From contig NC_081378.1 of the NCBI RefSeq assembly GCF_030684315.1, positions 24,290,571 to 24,354,570 of the forward strand: 64,000 nucleotides of DNA, given 5' to 3'. The translations under genes and the position numbers were made by a program. The notes below the pieces were generated by a model. That model was not told the origin of the DNA. It ran no database searches and was given only the letters and a program-made list of their open reading frames with translations. The number at the start of each line of letters is the position of its first letter. The first letter of the stretch is position 1. Positions 50,227 through 62,075 of the stretch are shown here, in pieces. This DNA comes from Stegostoma tigrinum (Eukaryota).

Positions 50227-51529
50227 GTAAGTTCTCGTCTATGTTTACACTATTTAATGTTTCTGTGTGGCTTTAAATATGGAGGATATTTTGCTTGAAC
50301 TTATCTTGCTCTTAAAATCTTGGGTATTACTTTGATTTTTAATAGTGTAACATAGCGGGATAGCAAATCAGCAACTTATCTCACATCACCTTGTGACTTT
50401 TACTCCTTTTGACTGTGGATAAAGATGATTCAGGAAATGGTGAATGGGAAAGAGATAACTGGAGAATAGTCGATGAAGTCAGAATGAAATTGTGGTTGAG
50501 ACAGGATGATGCAAGTGTATGAATTCTGCAGTTTCAGTTAGCTTGGCGGGAAATAACAGACAAATATTTCCAGTTCCTGGGAACTGGATCAACAAGTGAT
50601 CTTACTGGCCTTGGAAGAGAATTGGATGATGGTTAAAAATACCAAAAAAGAAAAGCAACCAACTTTCTCTACAATAAACAGTTTTAAGAACAGATGTTGC
50701 AACAGCAAGAGTTAAGTTCAAGTTACATAACTCTGCAGACTCCACCAAATAAAACCAAAAACAATTGACCAAGGGCAGTTCAATAAACCTAGTTGCTAGT
50801 TCTTCTACCATCCCAGATTTTTACCAATGCTAAAGGAAGGGAGGGAGACAATCTTGTCTTATCCTCTGCTATGGTTAGTTTATTACTCAGAGTTAATGAC
50901 ATTAGTTATAGGACCAAATGGTCCTATGTTATCTAGCGGGGTTGGGGAGGTTAGGTGGGGTTAGCAGTGAAAGGAGGAAAGGTGGAGGCACCATACCAAC
51001 TTGTTGCAGATGAGAAGAAGTTACTGGAAATTTCAATGTGACTACCTTCTTAACCTTGTCTTCTTTTGTGACTTTTCTACTTCAGTGGTCTTAATCATTG
51101 ACAAGTCATCAATTAATTTAATCCATCATCCCTACATCACCCCTTCTCAGACATCCTTTTGTTTCTAATGCATTGCACTTTAACATCATTAATTACTTTT
51201 CAGTATAAAGACTTGCATAGTTCTTTTCTACACATCATGAACCTATAAACAACAAAAAAGTTAATTTATTTTAATGTATTGGTTGAGGGAGGAATTTGGC
51301 GAGAAAACTGGACAAACCAACGGCTCTTGAATGACATATATGTAAATAGAATAGATCACACCATTATCTGCAATTGCTTGCTTTATTATAGATATGCTTG
51401 TTTTGTTTAAGAGCTGTACAGAGTTTTACAGAGCTTGTGACAGGCCTCAGTGCTTATGGTAAACATATCATATTGAGAATAGCTTAAAAGCCAAGTGCAG
51501 CTTTTTTACATATCTTTCAAAAACAGTAT

Positions 51530-51655
51530 AGAAGAAGGGTCCAGATCCGAAACATCAGCCTTCCTGCTCCTCTGATGCTGCTTGGCCTGCTGTGTTCATC
51601 CAGCTCTACACCTTGTTCTTTCAGATTCTCCAGCATCGGCAGTTCCTACTATCGC
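51530..51655 (+). mobile_element. Single-arm Penelope-derived terminal fragment
   Basis: gaagaagggtccagatccgaaacatcagccttcctgctcc...ctccagcatcggcagttcctactatc. Confidence 0.75.
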
Positions 51656-53108
51656 TAGCACAATGTAGTTATTTTGATTCTTTCATTGGTACCTTTCTAA
51701 CAATTAAACATATTTACAATTGTTACAACTCTCTGGCCTTAACATTAAATTGCTGAGTAAATTATGCAAAGTAATATGTTAACAGTGGACAAGCATTTTT
51801 AATAACAAGGTATTCAGTGCAATCAGTAGAAGAGATATATTTAAAGCTAAAATAATCAATCTGAATACTTTTTAAAATAGCACAGTTAATTGGAAATTTC
51901 TATTGTCTGCTCTAATTGAAGTTACGAAATGATTCATCAGTATTACAATAGTTCTCCTGAAGTTAATTCCAGCTAAATTTCTTTTAGATTAATTCTTCAT
52001 TGAAAATTCTATTTAAGCATATACCTGAAATTCTTCAAAATGGAATTAAAAAGTACATACTTTGTTTCCACCCAACTACTTAAAAAATGAGGGTGTAAAA
52101 ATTAATTTATCCCCTTTTATAGGCAAAGATTTAGAGCTGTAGGCAGCCTGCACCCCAACTGTCAGGCCTGAGACATGGATGGCCCATTTCAACATTTGGC
52201 ATGCTGCCAGTACCTATTGACCTTAATTACACTCATTAATAACCATTACAAATATTTTACACCCACATATACACGTCTTCCTTTAACATGTTCTCTGTTG
52301 ACAAGAACGTATATTTACATTTTATTTAATGTTTTAAGATGCTTTTTAAAGTTATACAAAATCCAATGTTGAATTGTAGAGCAACTACTAAAACTTTGGT
52401 TCAAAAGATGTGGTTTTGAGAAGATTTTAAAGTCCAGAAACATGCAGAGACAGTAAGGTTCAAAAAGTACTTCCAAGATAATGGAAGGCATTGCGATCAA
52501 TTATAGAGAAAAGTGGCAGAAGATGGCATAGGATGCCAGTCAGAAGACTGAAAAGTGTGGGAGAGGCGACAAGGTAAAGGTAGGGCAAAGCAAGGTCTTG
52601 GATGGATCTGAAAATGAGTACCAGGACTTAAAATTCAGTATGGACAAATGTAGATCAACAAGGACATTCTGATAGATGATCAAGATTTAGTGTAAAAAAG
52701 AATATGAATGGGTGACATTTTAACATGCTGTACTTAATATAAATTAGAGAATAGGAAACTAGCCAGGAGCGACTGAACAACTCAAGAGATGTGAAATATA
52801 TATAAGATATTTTTAGTACACATGCACTTGAAAGTAAGGCCTTTCTTCAGAGATAGAGTTTGAAGCTCTAGATCAAATAATACACTGATATGTGAACAAT
52901 CTGAATCACCCTGAGTAAGTAATTGAGGATACAGTTGAAGTTGGTGGAAAAGAAGTAAAGTGAGGTAGGAAACTATGGCTTGATCTTCCTAGTACTTGGC
53001 TAGAATAAGCTTTGATGCACAGGTGATTTTATTTCAGAGAAGTATTCTGACGTTATAGAAATAGCTAGAGGCTGTCAGAAATGATAAAGAATAAAGCTGG
53101 ATGTCACT

Positions 53109-53114
53109 TTTATT
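53109..53114 (-). terminator. Candidate FGL2 polyadenylation signal
   Basis: AATAAA on minus about 100 nt after the stop codon; more distal sites are possible. Confidence 0.35.
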
Positions 53115-53216
53115 GCAGTTTATGCGGTACAATACAGCTCTTAAAATGATTACACAGTGAAAGCACTCCAATATCATGTTTAAAATAATTCGGCAATTTT
53201 TTTTGTTGCTACATAC

Positions 53217-53917
53217 CTATGGCTTAAACGTCTTAGGCCTAATGAGCATTCTTACTGACTTAAAAGGCTGACGATAGCCATTCAGAATTTCATTTGCTGC
53301 ATTGTGCCAAGTGCCCCAATAAATACCATTTCGTATGCCTTTGTAGGGTTTTTTATAATATTTGCCATTGAGATTAGCTGACATACAAGCATCAAACCAC
53401 CAACCAGAGCCATAATATGCCCCACAGTTACCCAAAGAATAGTTATCATTATCTTTATCTTTGGTGGTGAAATATTTTTGATCATGGTTGTAATTCTTGT
53501 CATTATGCAGTGCATCACCAGCTGTGCCTGAAAACCCATTAACATTCAGGCGATAATAATGATCTTCATCTGCAACGAAGAATTGATCGTATGAGGCATA
53601 TTCTTTGATGCCGTTCCAGTCTTCTAGTTCAATTCTCAAAATCATTTCCTTGGATTCTGTCAAAAAATGTATTTTGTCATTTCCCAACCAAAATTCTGTT
53701 GAGAGATTCCCAAAACCATTTTTGTATTCAGCCCACGTGCGATTAAAATTGACACTACCATCTTTGCGAGACTGCAGTACTGTCCAACCACCATTCTCAG
53801 TTTTCATATCACAATAAACTGGAAAACTTTCATTAAAGCGTTGGGCAATTACATAGATGCCGCTTTTCTGCTGTTTGAGTCTGTAATAGCCTGAGCAATC
53901 TTCAGGAAATTTTATGG
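53217..53917 (-). CDS. FGL2: FGL2 exon 2 (fibrinogen-related domain)
   Basis: ctttcAG acceptor; FPEDCSGYY...SGIY...VYCDMKTENGGWTVLQSRKDGSVNFNRTW...EFWLGNDKIH...NCGAYYGSGWWFDACMSANLNGKYY...GIYWGTW...IRPKTFKP*. Confidence 0.95.
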
Positions 53918-54362
53918 CTGAAAGAAAGGACAGAACTAGGTCATTAACTTTATCTTTTAAATCATACCAGCTGAATTATGACCTATTTATACGTATATAT
54001 TACAATAATCTTTCACAAAATTAAATACGGCACATATAGAATGGAGAAACCTTCTATTACAAAAGTCATTCTAAACAAGTAAATACCAGGCAGAACTTTA
54101 AAAATTCTTAAATAAAATCTTAATTGATGATGATCTGTGCTTTAGCAGTGTTTCAAAATTCTACTTTCCTAACAATGAAATGATTTGGAAATTAATCAAA
54201 AATGATTACACAAAAAGGGTCAAAATGCAAATTTTTCTCAGTTCTTTACTCATAATACTATCTTATTCATCTGCACAGTAAATGCTATGTCGACAAACTA
54301 CTTCCCTATTTTTGTGGTTTTAAGAAAGCCCAGTATTCACAAAAGCATTTCGACAAACAATA

Positions 54363-54592
54363 TAATAAAATGTGAGGCTGGATGAACACAGCAGGCCAAG
54401 CAGCATCTCAGGAGCACAAAAGCTGATGTTTCGGGCCTAGACCCTTCTCCAGGGAGACCTGTCTCTCTGATGAAGGGTCTAGGCCCGAAACGTCAGCTTT
54501 TGTGCTCCTGAGATGCTGCTTGGCCTGCTGTGTTCATCCAGCCTCACATTTTATTATCTTGGAATTCTCCAGCATCTGCAGTTCCCATTATC
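54363..54592. mobile_element. Young fold-back Penelope-derived element in the FGL2 intron, 13-bp TSD
   Basis: TCGACAAACAATA at 54350-54362 and 54593-54605; near-perfect ~85-bp arms. Confidence 0.9.
54467..54494 (+). ncRNA. Minimal type I hammerhead ribozyme core
   Basis: ctgatgaagggtctaggcccgaaacgtc is intact; the opposite-arm copy reads CUGGAGA (mutated). Confidence 0.7.
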
Positions 54593-55462
54593 TCGACAAA
54601 CAATACTTGGCTACAGCGAGCGACACACAAGTTATGCACTTACATGACAGGGTAATACAAACTAATTGTGTCTGCAAACAGAGCAAAATTTGCCGACAGT
54701 TTTAAAGATAAAGATGGACTCTTCAATAAAAGTAAGATTTCCTGTATATAGGCAAAATCAATAGAAGCAACTTCTGCCATTAAATATAAACAACATGCGT
54801 TGGGTGCAATTTGGTATCTGTAGGCCTCAAGATATACTTTAATAGTAAAAGTTTCAGTTCAGAGTTAATCTAAAAAAGAGGCATTTCGTTTGTAAAGAGA
54901 GTGGATGTAGGACATGCTTTATAGTAATTTCTAGTAAGCAGACAATCTTGGCAAAATGAAGTGCTTAGGCCTTGATGATGATTTGTTTCTTTTTAAGTAT
55001 ATTTATTTACTGTATTATTTTTCCTGTTGCCTAACATGCCAATAATGCCTGGCAGTTTTGGATAGGAGGTCACAGGGCCAGGTGTAGACTGTGAATGCAA
55101 CCTCACAGTCCTCCATACTTGTCCATTTGAATCATACCCAGAGTTGAAATCAAGCCCAAAGCTCAGGTTGTCTTTTAGACTTTTCTGATAATATGGCATG
55201 CAGCATGGTAACTATCTGCAAGATCACAACATTGCAAAAGTAAGGGGCGTGAAAATTAGGATTTGGGTAAGGGTAATTATTGGGTAAGAAAATTTGTCTC
55301 AATGTTTCTCCAGAAGTCCTAATTTTAAATGATATTATTAAAAATAGATAGCTTGGTAATTTACTGTACAAAATGTTTGCATTTATGAATATTCACATTA
55401 ATTTGCTGTGATGAAAGTCACAAAAAACCCTCAGTTTGCAATGCAACTGACATTAAAATTAA

Positions 55463-55773
55463 AAACTTAAAGAACTGTGAATGCTGTAAATCGGAAACAA
55501 AAACAGAAATTGCTGGAAGAGCTCAGGAGGTCTGGCAGCATCTCTGGAGAGAAATGCTGTAAATCGGAAACAAAAACAGAAATTGCTGGAAGAGCTCAGG
55601 AGGTCTGGCAGCATCTCTGGAGAGAAATCAGAGTTAATGCTTTGGGTTGAGTGACCCTTTCCCAGAGGAAAGGTTCTGAGGAAGGGTCACCAGACCTGAA
55701 ACATTAACTCTGATTTCTCTCCAGAGATGCTGCCAGACCTCCTGAGCTCTTCCAGCAATTTCTGTTTTTGTTT
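55463..55773. mobile_element. Family-2 fold-back Penelope-derived element, 16-bp TSD, internal 73-bp tandem duplication
   Basis: CTGACATTAAAATTAA at 55447-55462 and 55774-55789; duplicated unit starting at 55481 and 55554. Confidence 0.88.
55676..55706 (+). ncRNA. Family-2 hammerhead core
   Basis: gguu-CUGAGGA-A-GGGUC-ACCA-GACCU-GAAA-CAUU-aacu; a 4-bp stem I is possible; CAUU is probably CpG-decayed from CGUU. Confidence 0.55.
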
Positions 55774-56158
55774 CTGACATTAAAATTAATCAGCTTGATG
55801 TAATTTTTAGCTGATGTGAATGCACACATTAGTGAAATATTTAATCTTGTGTCAATTTACAATTTACATATTATTGCAAAATCCAGTTGAATTGAAAATT
55901 GAAAATTTGGAAAATCAAATAATATGTATTAATATTTGACAATTTATCAGGTGACAAAGTTTCGTTCATTTTGTAGTATAGATAAGATCCATGAATCAAA
56001 GTATTGCATTGTTCAGTTTGTCCATGGAAACGTAATTCTAGAATTTCAAGTTTACATCTACTTATAATGGGGGAGAAAATTAGCATAATATTTAACACTA
56101 TGACTCCTGGTAGTATTGATAGTTTTGTATACAATATTTCATGCACAGATTAACTTAC

Positions 56159-56750
56159 TGAGTTGACCTTGAGCTTCACAAGTTGTAGAACACTTGTTGT
56201 TCAGTGTATTCACTGTATAGTTAATTTTTGAAAGCTCCTTGTTAATGTGGTGCAAAACATTGTCCATATTCAGAATACTGATCCGTTCTAAACGACCCTG
56301 AAGCACATTGATTTGATTTTTGGCATTCTTTAATAAACCTGTTAGCTTAGTAATTTTCTCCTCCAACAATGATATTCTATTGGTATCCTTTCTTCCATAC
56401 TCTATATTTCCAGTAGCTTGCTTATGACTAATAGGCTTTTTCTGTTTTGCTTCCAGCCATCTATTCTTCATCTTATTGACTGTTGCTGTTAGACTTTTCA
56501 CTTGTTTGACAGTCTGTTTGAGGAGTTTTGTCTCTTTAGGTAGCTGAAAGGTGAGAGGTGGAAGATTGAGCTTGTAATGACAGACTTCATCTTCATCGCA
56601 TTCTGTGCGCTTCAGCTTGATGGCACAGGCTCCCAATTCGTTTCTTCCTGTGGAATTTGTGAATCTGCTGGTACTGCTGTATTCCACAGGAACTTCAATA
56701 CAAAGTACTAATCCAACATTCAGGAAAAAGAATGCAACGGCAGTCTTCAT
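56159..56750 (-). CDS. FGL2: FGL2 exon 1 (signal peptide + coiled coil)
   Basis: MKTAVAFFFLNVGLVLC signal; GACAIKLK...C...CHYKLNLPPLTFQLPK...LKNAKNQINVLQGRLE...LNMDNV...KCSTTC; donor A|GTaagt phase 1 joins exon 2 in frame (1293 nt, 430 aa). Confidence 0.93.
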
Positions 56751-56830
56751 TGTATCTGCAAACGTTTCACTAACAGTGAAAGCAAAAACGCTTTAAAGCT
56801 ATCAATGCCGTACTGTCAGTTCCTCAGCAC

Positions 56831-56890
56831 TGACTTACGGGGAAGTCACTGCGCAAGCTGCTAATGATTTAAATACTGTAGGTGGGTGTT
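56831..56890 (-). promoter_or_regulatory. FGL2 core promoter candidates
   Basis: TATTTAAA at 56875-56868 and CACCCACC just upstream; palindrome TGACTT-acgggg-AAGTCA (56831-56848) containing GGAAGT and TTCCCCGTAA. Confidence 0.45.
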
Positions 56891-58692
56891 CAGTTGTGAT
56901 ATCTATCTGTCAGTCTTCATTATTGACAGTCACTTAGCCTGCCTACATGAATTGAAAATTACCTCAGTTATAAAACAGTATGTTGGAGCATTTTATATTT
57001 TAACAGAATGTAAATACTGTTTTTCTGATTTAAATATGCATACTGCACACTTCTGTTGCAAACAAACATGCCAGAGACTTAACCTGTGGGGCATTTTCGT
57101 GGACATTAATAGATAACCAAAATGGTTTTTGCACCATACGTGTGCATTTTTTGGGGAAAACACGAAGGTACTTTTCCTCTTGGTGGAGAGATCAAAGAGC
57201 AGTAGTATAGATTTAAAAAGGGGGCAAGAGTTTGAGAGGGGAAATGAAGGTGATGGGAGTCCGGAACTCATTGTCTAAAAGAGCGGTAGAGACAGAAATA
57301 CTCATAACATTTGTGAAGTATGTAGATGTGCACTTGCGGTGCCAGAGCGTACTAAACTATGGGCCAAGTGCTGGAAAATGAGATTAGAATATAAGGTGCT
57401 TATTTTTGAGCAGTGCAGACTTGATTGGCCAAAGACGTTTCTCCGTGCTGCAGATCTCAATGCATCCATGACACACAATACGATGTTGGTAAGGTCATTA
57501 ATGTATAAATATTGTATCTCAGCTGGAACCATACAAACCAAACAAATGATGTCGTGTTAGCTCTGCCATTTTGAAACTCGACATTCCAGTAAATGCATTC
57601 TTGTAAATACTCACAATTAAACTTGTAAGCAGATACAGGAAGAATCACCCCACCTGTGATAGTCAATGGGATCTTCAGACATTTAGAAGCTCATTGCTGT
57701 TCCACCTCTCTGGCTGCTGGTTTAATTCTTCAAATGAAGCACTGATTTGGTTGGTAGATTTTAAAAGAGAATAGAGAAATTTGAATTTATACAGTGCTTT
57801 TCATCACAAGGCCATCTGGAGTGCTTCATAACATTTAAAATACTTCTAAGGTTTAATAACTTTGAAAATGTAGGCTATGTGGCAGTCAGCTTCTCAAGAC
57901 AGCAATCTAATAACAACCAACTAAACTGTTTCTAGTCTGTTGGTTGAGAAATATGCATTGGCCAGGTGATTGAATGAATCCAGTGCTGTTCTTCAGAATA
58001 GTGCTATGGGTTCTTTTGCGTATATTGATGAGGCCTCGGGAGAACACAGCTTCATGCCTCATTCAAAAAGCAAAAAAATCTGATAGTGCATGCTTCCTTA
58101 ATGCTGCATGAAGTGCCAACCTAGACATTTGCATTTAGGTCTTGGCTTAAGAGCAGAGACAGGAACAGGAACAGGCCATTCAGCTATCTAGCCTGTGCCA
58201 CCATTCAATTAGATCATGGCTGGTCATCCACCACTTCCTTGCCTTCTTATCTCCTTTTCCCTTCATCTCAGCAGTCTGCAGAGATCTGTCAATTTCTATC
58301 TTGAACATACTCAATGATTGAACTTCCATGAACCTCTGAGGCAGAGAATTCCAAACTTTTGTCACACTGAGTAAAGAAATTCCTCTTCATTTAAGTTTTT
58401 GAACTCATAACATTCTAACTCAGGCATGCTCTGTCATTCATTCACAGCATGAGAGCGCCACTGGCCAGGTCAGAATTTATTGCCCATATATCCAGCAAGT
58501 ATACCAACTAAGCCACCTGTTATTGACAGGGGAGAGAATAAATTGAATTATCTTCTTCAGACCATACACAGAGATTTTTAAAAAAATTCATCTTAGTTGT
58601 TTTCCCTTTTGCTCACACCATCCGGGCAGGATTCATATGGACAAAAAGAGAGGACTGGGAGATTTCACTCGTTGACTTCACTTACTCCACTT

Positions 58693-59510
58693 ATAGAGTC
58701 ATAGAGTCCTACAGCTGGGAGACAAGCCCTTCGACACAAACTGATCTGTGCTGACCAAAGTATCCATCCACGCTAACCCCATTTACTTGCACTTGGCCCA
58801 TATCCTTCTAAACCTTTCCTATCCATGTATTTGTCCAAATGCCTTTTAAATGTTGTTCACGCACCCAACTCAACCACTTCCCCTGGCAGCTTATTTCATA
58901 TGCATACCATCCTCAGTGTAAAAATGTTGCCCCTCAGGTTCCCATGTATTCTTTCCCCTCCTACTTTAAACTGATGCCCCCTTGTCTTTGATTCCCCAAC
59001 CCTTGGAAAAAGACATCCTAACCATGCCTGCCACGATCCTATACACTTCTATAAGATCCCCCTTCAGTCTCCTAGCGTCTAAAGAAAAAAGTCTGAGCTT
59101 GTCCAGCCTGTCCCTATAACTCAATCCCCTGAGTCCTGGCAATATCCTTGTAAATCTCCTTGTAAATCTCCTCTGCACTCTTTCCAGATTAATAACATCC
59201 TTCCTAGAGCAAGGTGACCGAAACGGAACACTATACGCCAAGTGCAGCCTCACCAATGTCCTGTACAGCTGCAACATAATTTCCCAACTTCTATACACAA
59301 TGCCCTGACTGATGAAGGCCAGTGTGCCAAAAGCCTTCTTTATTGCCCAGTGACTCCACTTTCAGAGAACCGTGCACCTGAACTCCAAAGTGCCTCTGTT
59401 CCAATGCACTCCTTAAGGCCCTAACATTCATCATGAAACTCCTTGATTTGACTTTCCAAAATGCAACACCTCACATTTAGCTATATTAAGCTCCATTTAC
59501 CATTTCTCGG
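58693..59510 (-). mobile_element. CR1-type LINE 3' fragment
   Basis: ORF 58966-59298 LQLYRTLVRLHL...LERVQRRFTRRFTRILPG (12-bp internal duplication)...RRLKGDLIEVYR. Confidence 0.88.
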
Positions 59511-59529
59511 TACTCTTTCTCAGCTTTAT

Positions 59530-61040
59530 TTTTATTCATTCATGGGATGTGGGCAGCTCGTCCAGTGAGTTGTTTAATTGTCTACCACTATTTACGACTG
59601 GATGTAGCAGGACTGCAGAGCATAGATCTGATCCGTTGGTTGTGGGATTGCTTAGCTCTGTCTATCACTTGCTGCTTTCACTGTTTGATGTACAAGTAGT
59701 CCTGTTTGGTGGCTTCATCAGGTTGATACCTCATATTCAGGTATGCCTGGCGCTGCTCCTGGCATGCCCTCCTGCACTCTTCATTGAACCAGGGTTGATC
59801 CCCTGGCTTGATAGTAATGCTTGAGTGGGCGAAATGCTGGGCCATGAGGTTACAGATTGTGCTGGAACACAATTCTGCTGCTGTTGATGGCCCACAGCGC
59901 CTCATAGATGCCCAGCCTTGAGTTGCTAGATCTGTGAGAACTCTGTCCTGTTTAGCACAGTGATAGTGCCACACAACACGATGGAAGTTATTCTCAATGT
60001 GAAGGCAGGACTTTGTCTCCATAAGGGCTATGCAACAGTCACTCTTACTGATACTGTCATGGACAGATGCAACTGCGGCTGGCAGATTAATAAGGATGAG
60101 TAAGTATGTTTTCCCACTCGTCGGTTCCCTCACCACCTGCTGTAGACGCAGTCTAGCAGCTATGTCCTGTGGGACACACCCAGCCCAAACAGTAGTACTG
60201 CTGCCGAGCCATTGTTGCTGGTGGACATTGAAATCCTCCACCCAGAGTACGTTTTGTGCCCTTGCCATCCTCAGTGCTTCCTCTAAGTGTTGTTCAACGT
60301 TGAGGAGCGCTGATTCAGCTGATGAGGGAGGATAGTATGTGGTAATCAGCAGATGGTTTCTTTCCCATATTTAACTTGAAGCCATGAGACTTCATGGGGT
60401 CTGGAGTCAATGTTGAGGACTCCTAGAGCAACTCCCTCCTGACTCTCTACCGCTGTGTTGCCTCCTTTGCTGGGTCTGTCCTGCTGGCGGGACAGGACAT
60501 ATCCAGGGATGGTGATGGTGGTGTCTGGAAAGTTGTAAGGTAAGATTCTGTGAGTATGACTATGTTAGGCTGTTGCTTAACTAGTCTGTGAGACAGCTCT
60601 CCCAAGTTTGGCACTAACCACCGGATATTAGTGAGGAGGACTTTGCATGGTCGACAGGGCTGTTTCTGCCATTGTCTTTTCCAGTGTCTAGGTCAATGCC
60701 AGGTGATCCGTCCAGTTTCATTTCTTTGAGTCATTGTAGTGATTGGTACATCTGAGTACGTACTAGGCCATTTCAGAGAGCAGTTGAGAGTCAACCACAT
60801 TGCTGGAGGTCTGGAGTCACATGTAGGCCAGACCAGGGTGGCAGATTTGCTCCCTTGAAGGGGATTAGTAAAACAGATGGGGTTTTCCGACAATCGGCAA
60901 TGACTTCATGGTGATCAAGAGATTCCCAATTCCAGACCTTTTTTCTGAATTCCAATTCCACCATCTGCCAAGGTGGAATTCGAACCTGGGTCCCCTGGAT
61001 TAATCGTCTCGCGATAATACAACTCGGCCATCGCCTACCC
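59530..61040 (-). mobile_element. L2/CR1-clade non-LTR retrotransposon, AP-endonuclease region plus 5' SINE-like head
   Basis: ORF 59678-60268 NVLWVEDFNVH..WLGSS...QVVREPT...SDC...QPWFNEECRRA; B-box-like ggttcgaattcc near 60975-60990. Confidence 0.82.
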
Positions 61041-61855
61041 TAGGTGGATCAATATTCACCTAGCCCTGTGATCTACCACTCAAACGTCCAGAGAGGATTG
61101 GCATTTTGGGTGGCGGAAGAAAAAAATTACAGTAAATAAATAAACTTAAAAGAAACAAATGATCAAGAAGCCTCGATTTATGTTTTCATTTGTCAAATTT
61201 ATCTGCTAACCTGAAGTTATGGTGAAGCATAATCCTTCACCCACTCGCTCTCCAAATGAAATGCTTCCTTTTATATTTCCCATTGAATGTATCAATCTTA
61301 ACAAGCAGACTGAGTATTAGCAAATAACTAGATTCTTACCAAACTAAATCAACAGAAATTAGAGTTACAGTTAATCTCTTTGAGATGGCGAGAGTGTTTG
61401 AACCTATAAATATTCCTGGAAAAGTCTGCAAACAATTGGTTTTTATCCATGGAGCTGGGTTCCAGTGTTCACCTTGGGAGACAAATGGAATTGTTATCAT
61501 CTCAAGTATAAAGAAGTTAACCTTATATGCCTCAGATTAAAACTATTGCACTGTATAATTCATTGCATTAGTGCCGTTTCAAGAATAATGCGTTTCAATA
61601 TCTCCCTTTTATTCCTAACCTCTGCTAGGGACATATAGTATTGCGTTTTCTTTTGTGGTAGTTTGACTACAATGTCCACAGAACAGAAGGGTGTGAAATT
61701 CCATGAGGATGATCTGAACCCTGGCCGTGTAATGGATGTAGTCAATTTACATCATATATTTGGCAGAGGCCAGGCAAAGCCCATTTTAAAAATTAAACCA
61801 GCAAGTATAGCTTTTAAAGTAATTTATAATCTCTCTTCATCTTTTGTGGAAATAA

Positions 61856-62075
61856 TAGACCATAAGACCATAAGACATAGGAGTGGAAGTAAGGCCATTC
61901 GGCCCATCAAGCCCACTCCGCCATTTAAATCATGGCTGATGGGCATTTCAACACAACTTCCCTGAACTCTCCCCGTAGCCCTTGATTCCTTTTGAGATCA
62001 AGAATTTGTCGATCTCTGCCTTGAAGTCATCCAACATCCCGGCCTCCACTGCACTCTGCAGCAATGAATTCCAAT
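61856..62075 (-). mobile_element. CR1-type 3' UTR fragment
   Basis: (CATAAGAC)n tail and ggccattcggcccatcaag motif as in the other CR1 ends. Confidence 0.7.

Noticed and set aside
36408-54592. Recurrent palindromic repeats as CRISPR array or DNA-transposon MITEs
   Set aside because: They are dispersed with no spacer array or cas genes; the arms equal Penelope termini and TSD lengths vary (10-16 bp), unlike cut-and-paste MITEs.
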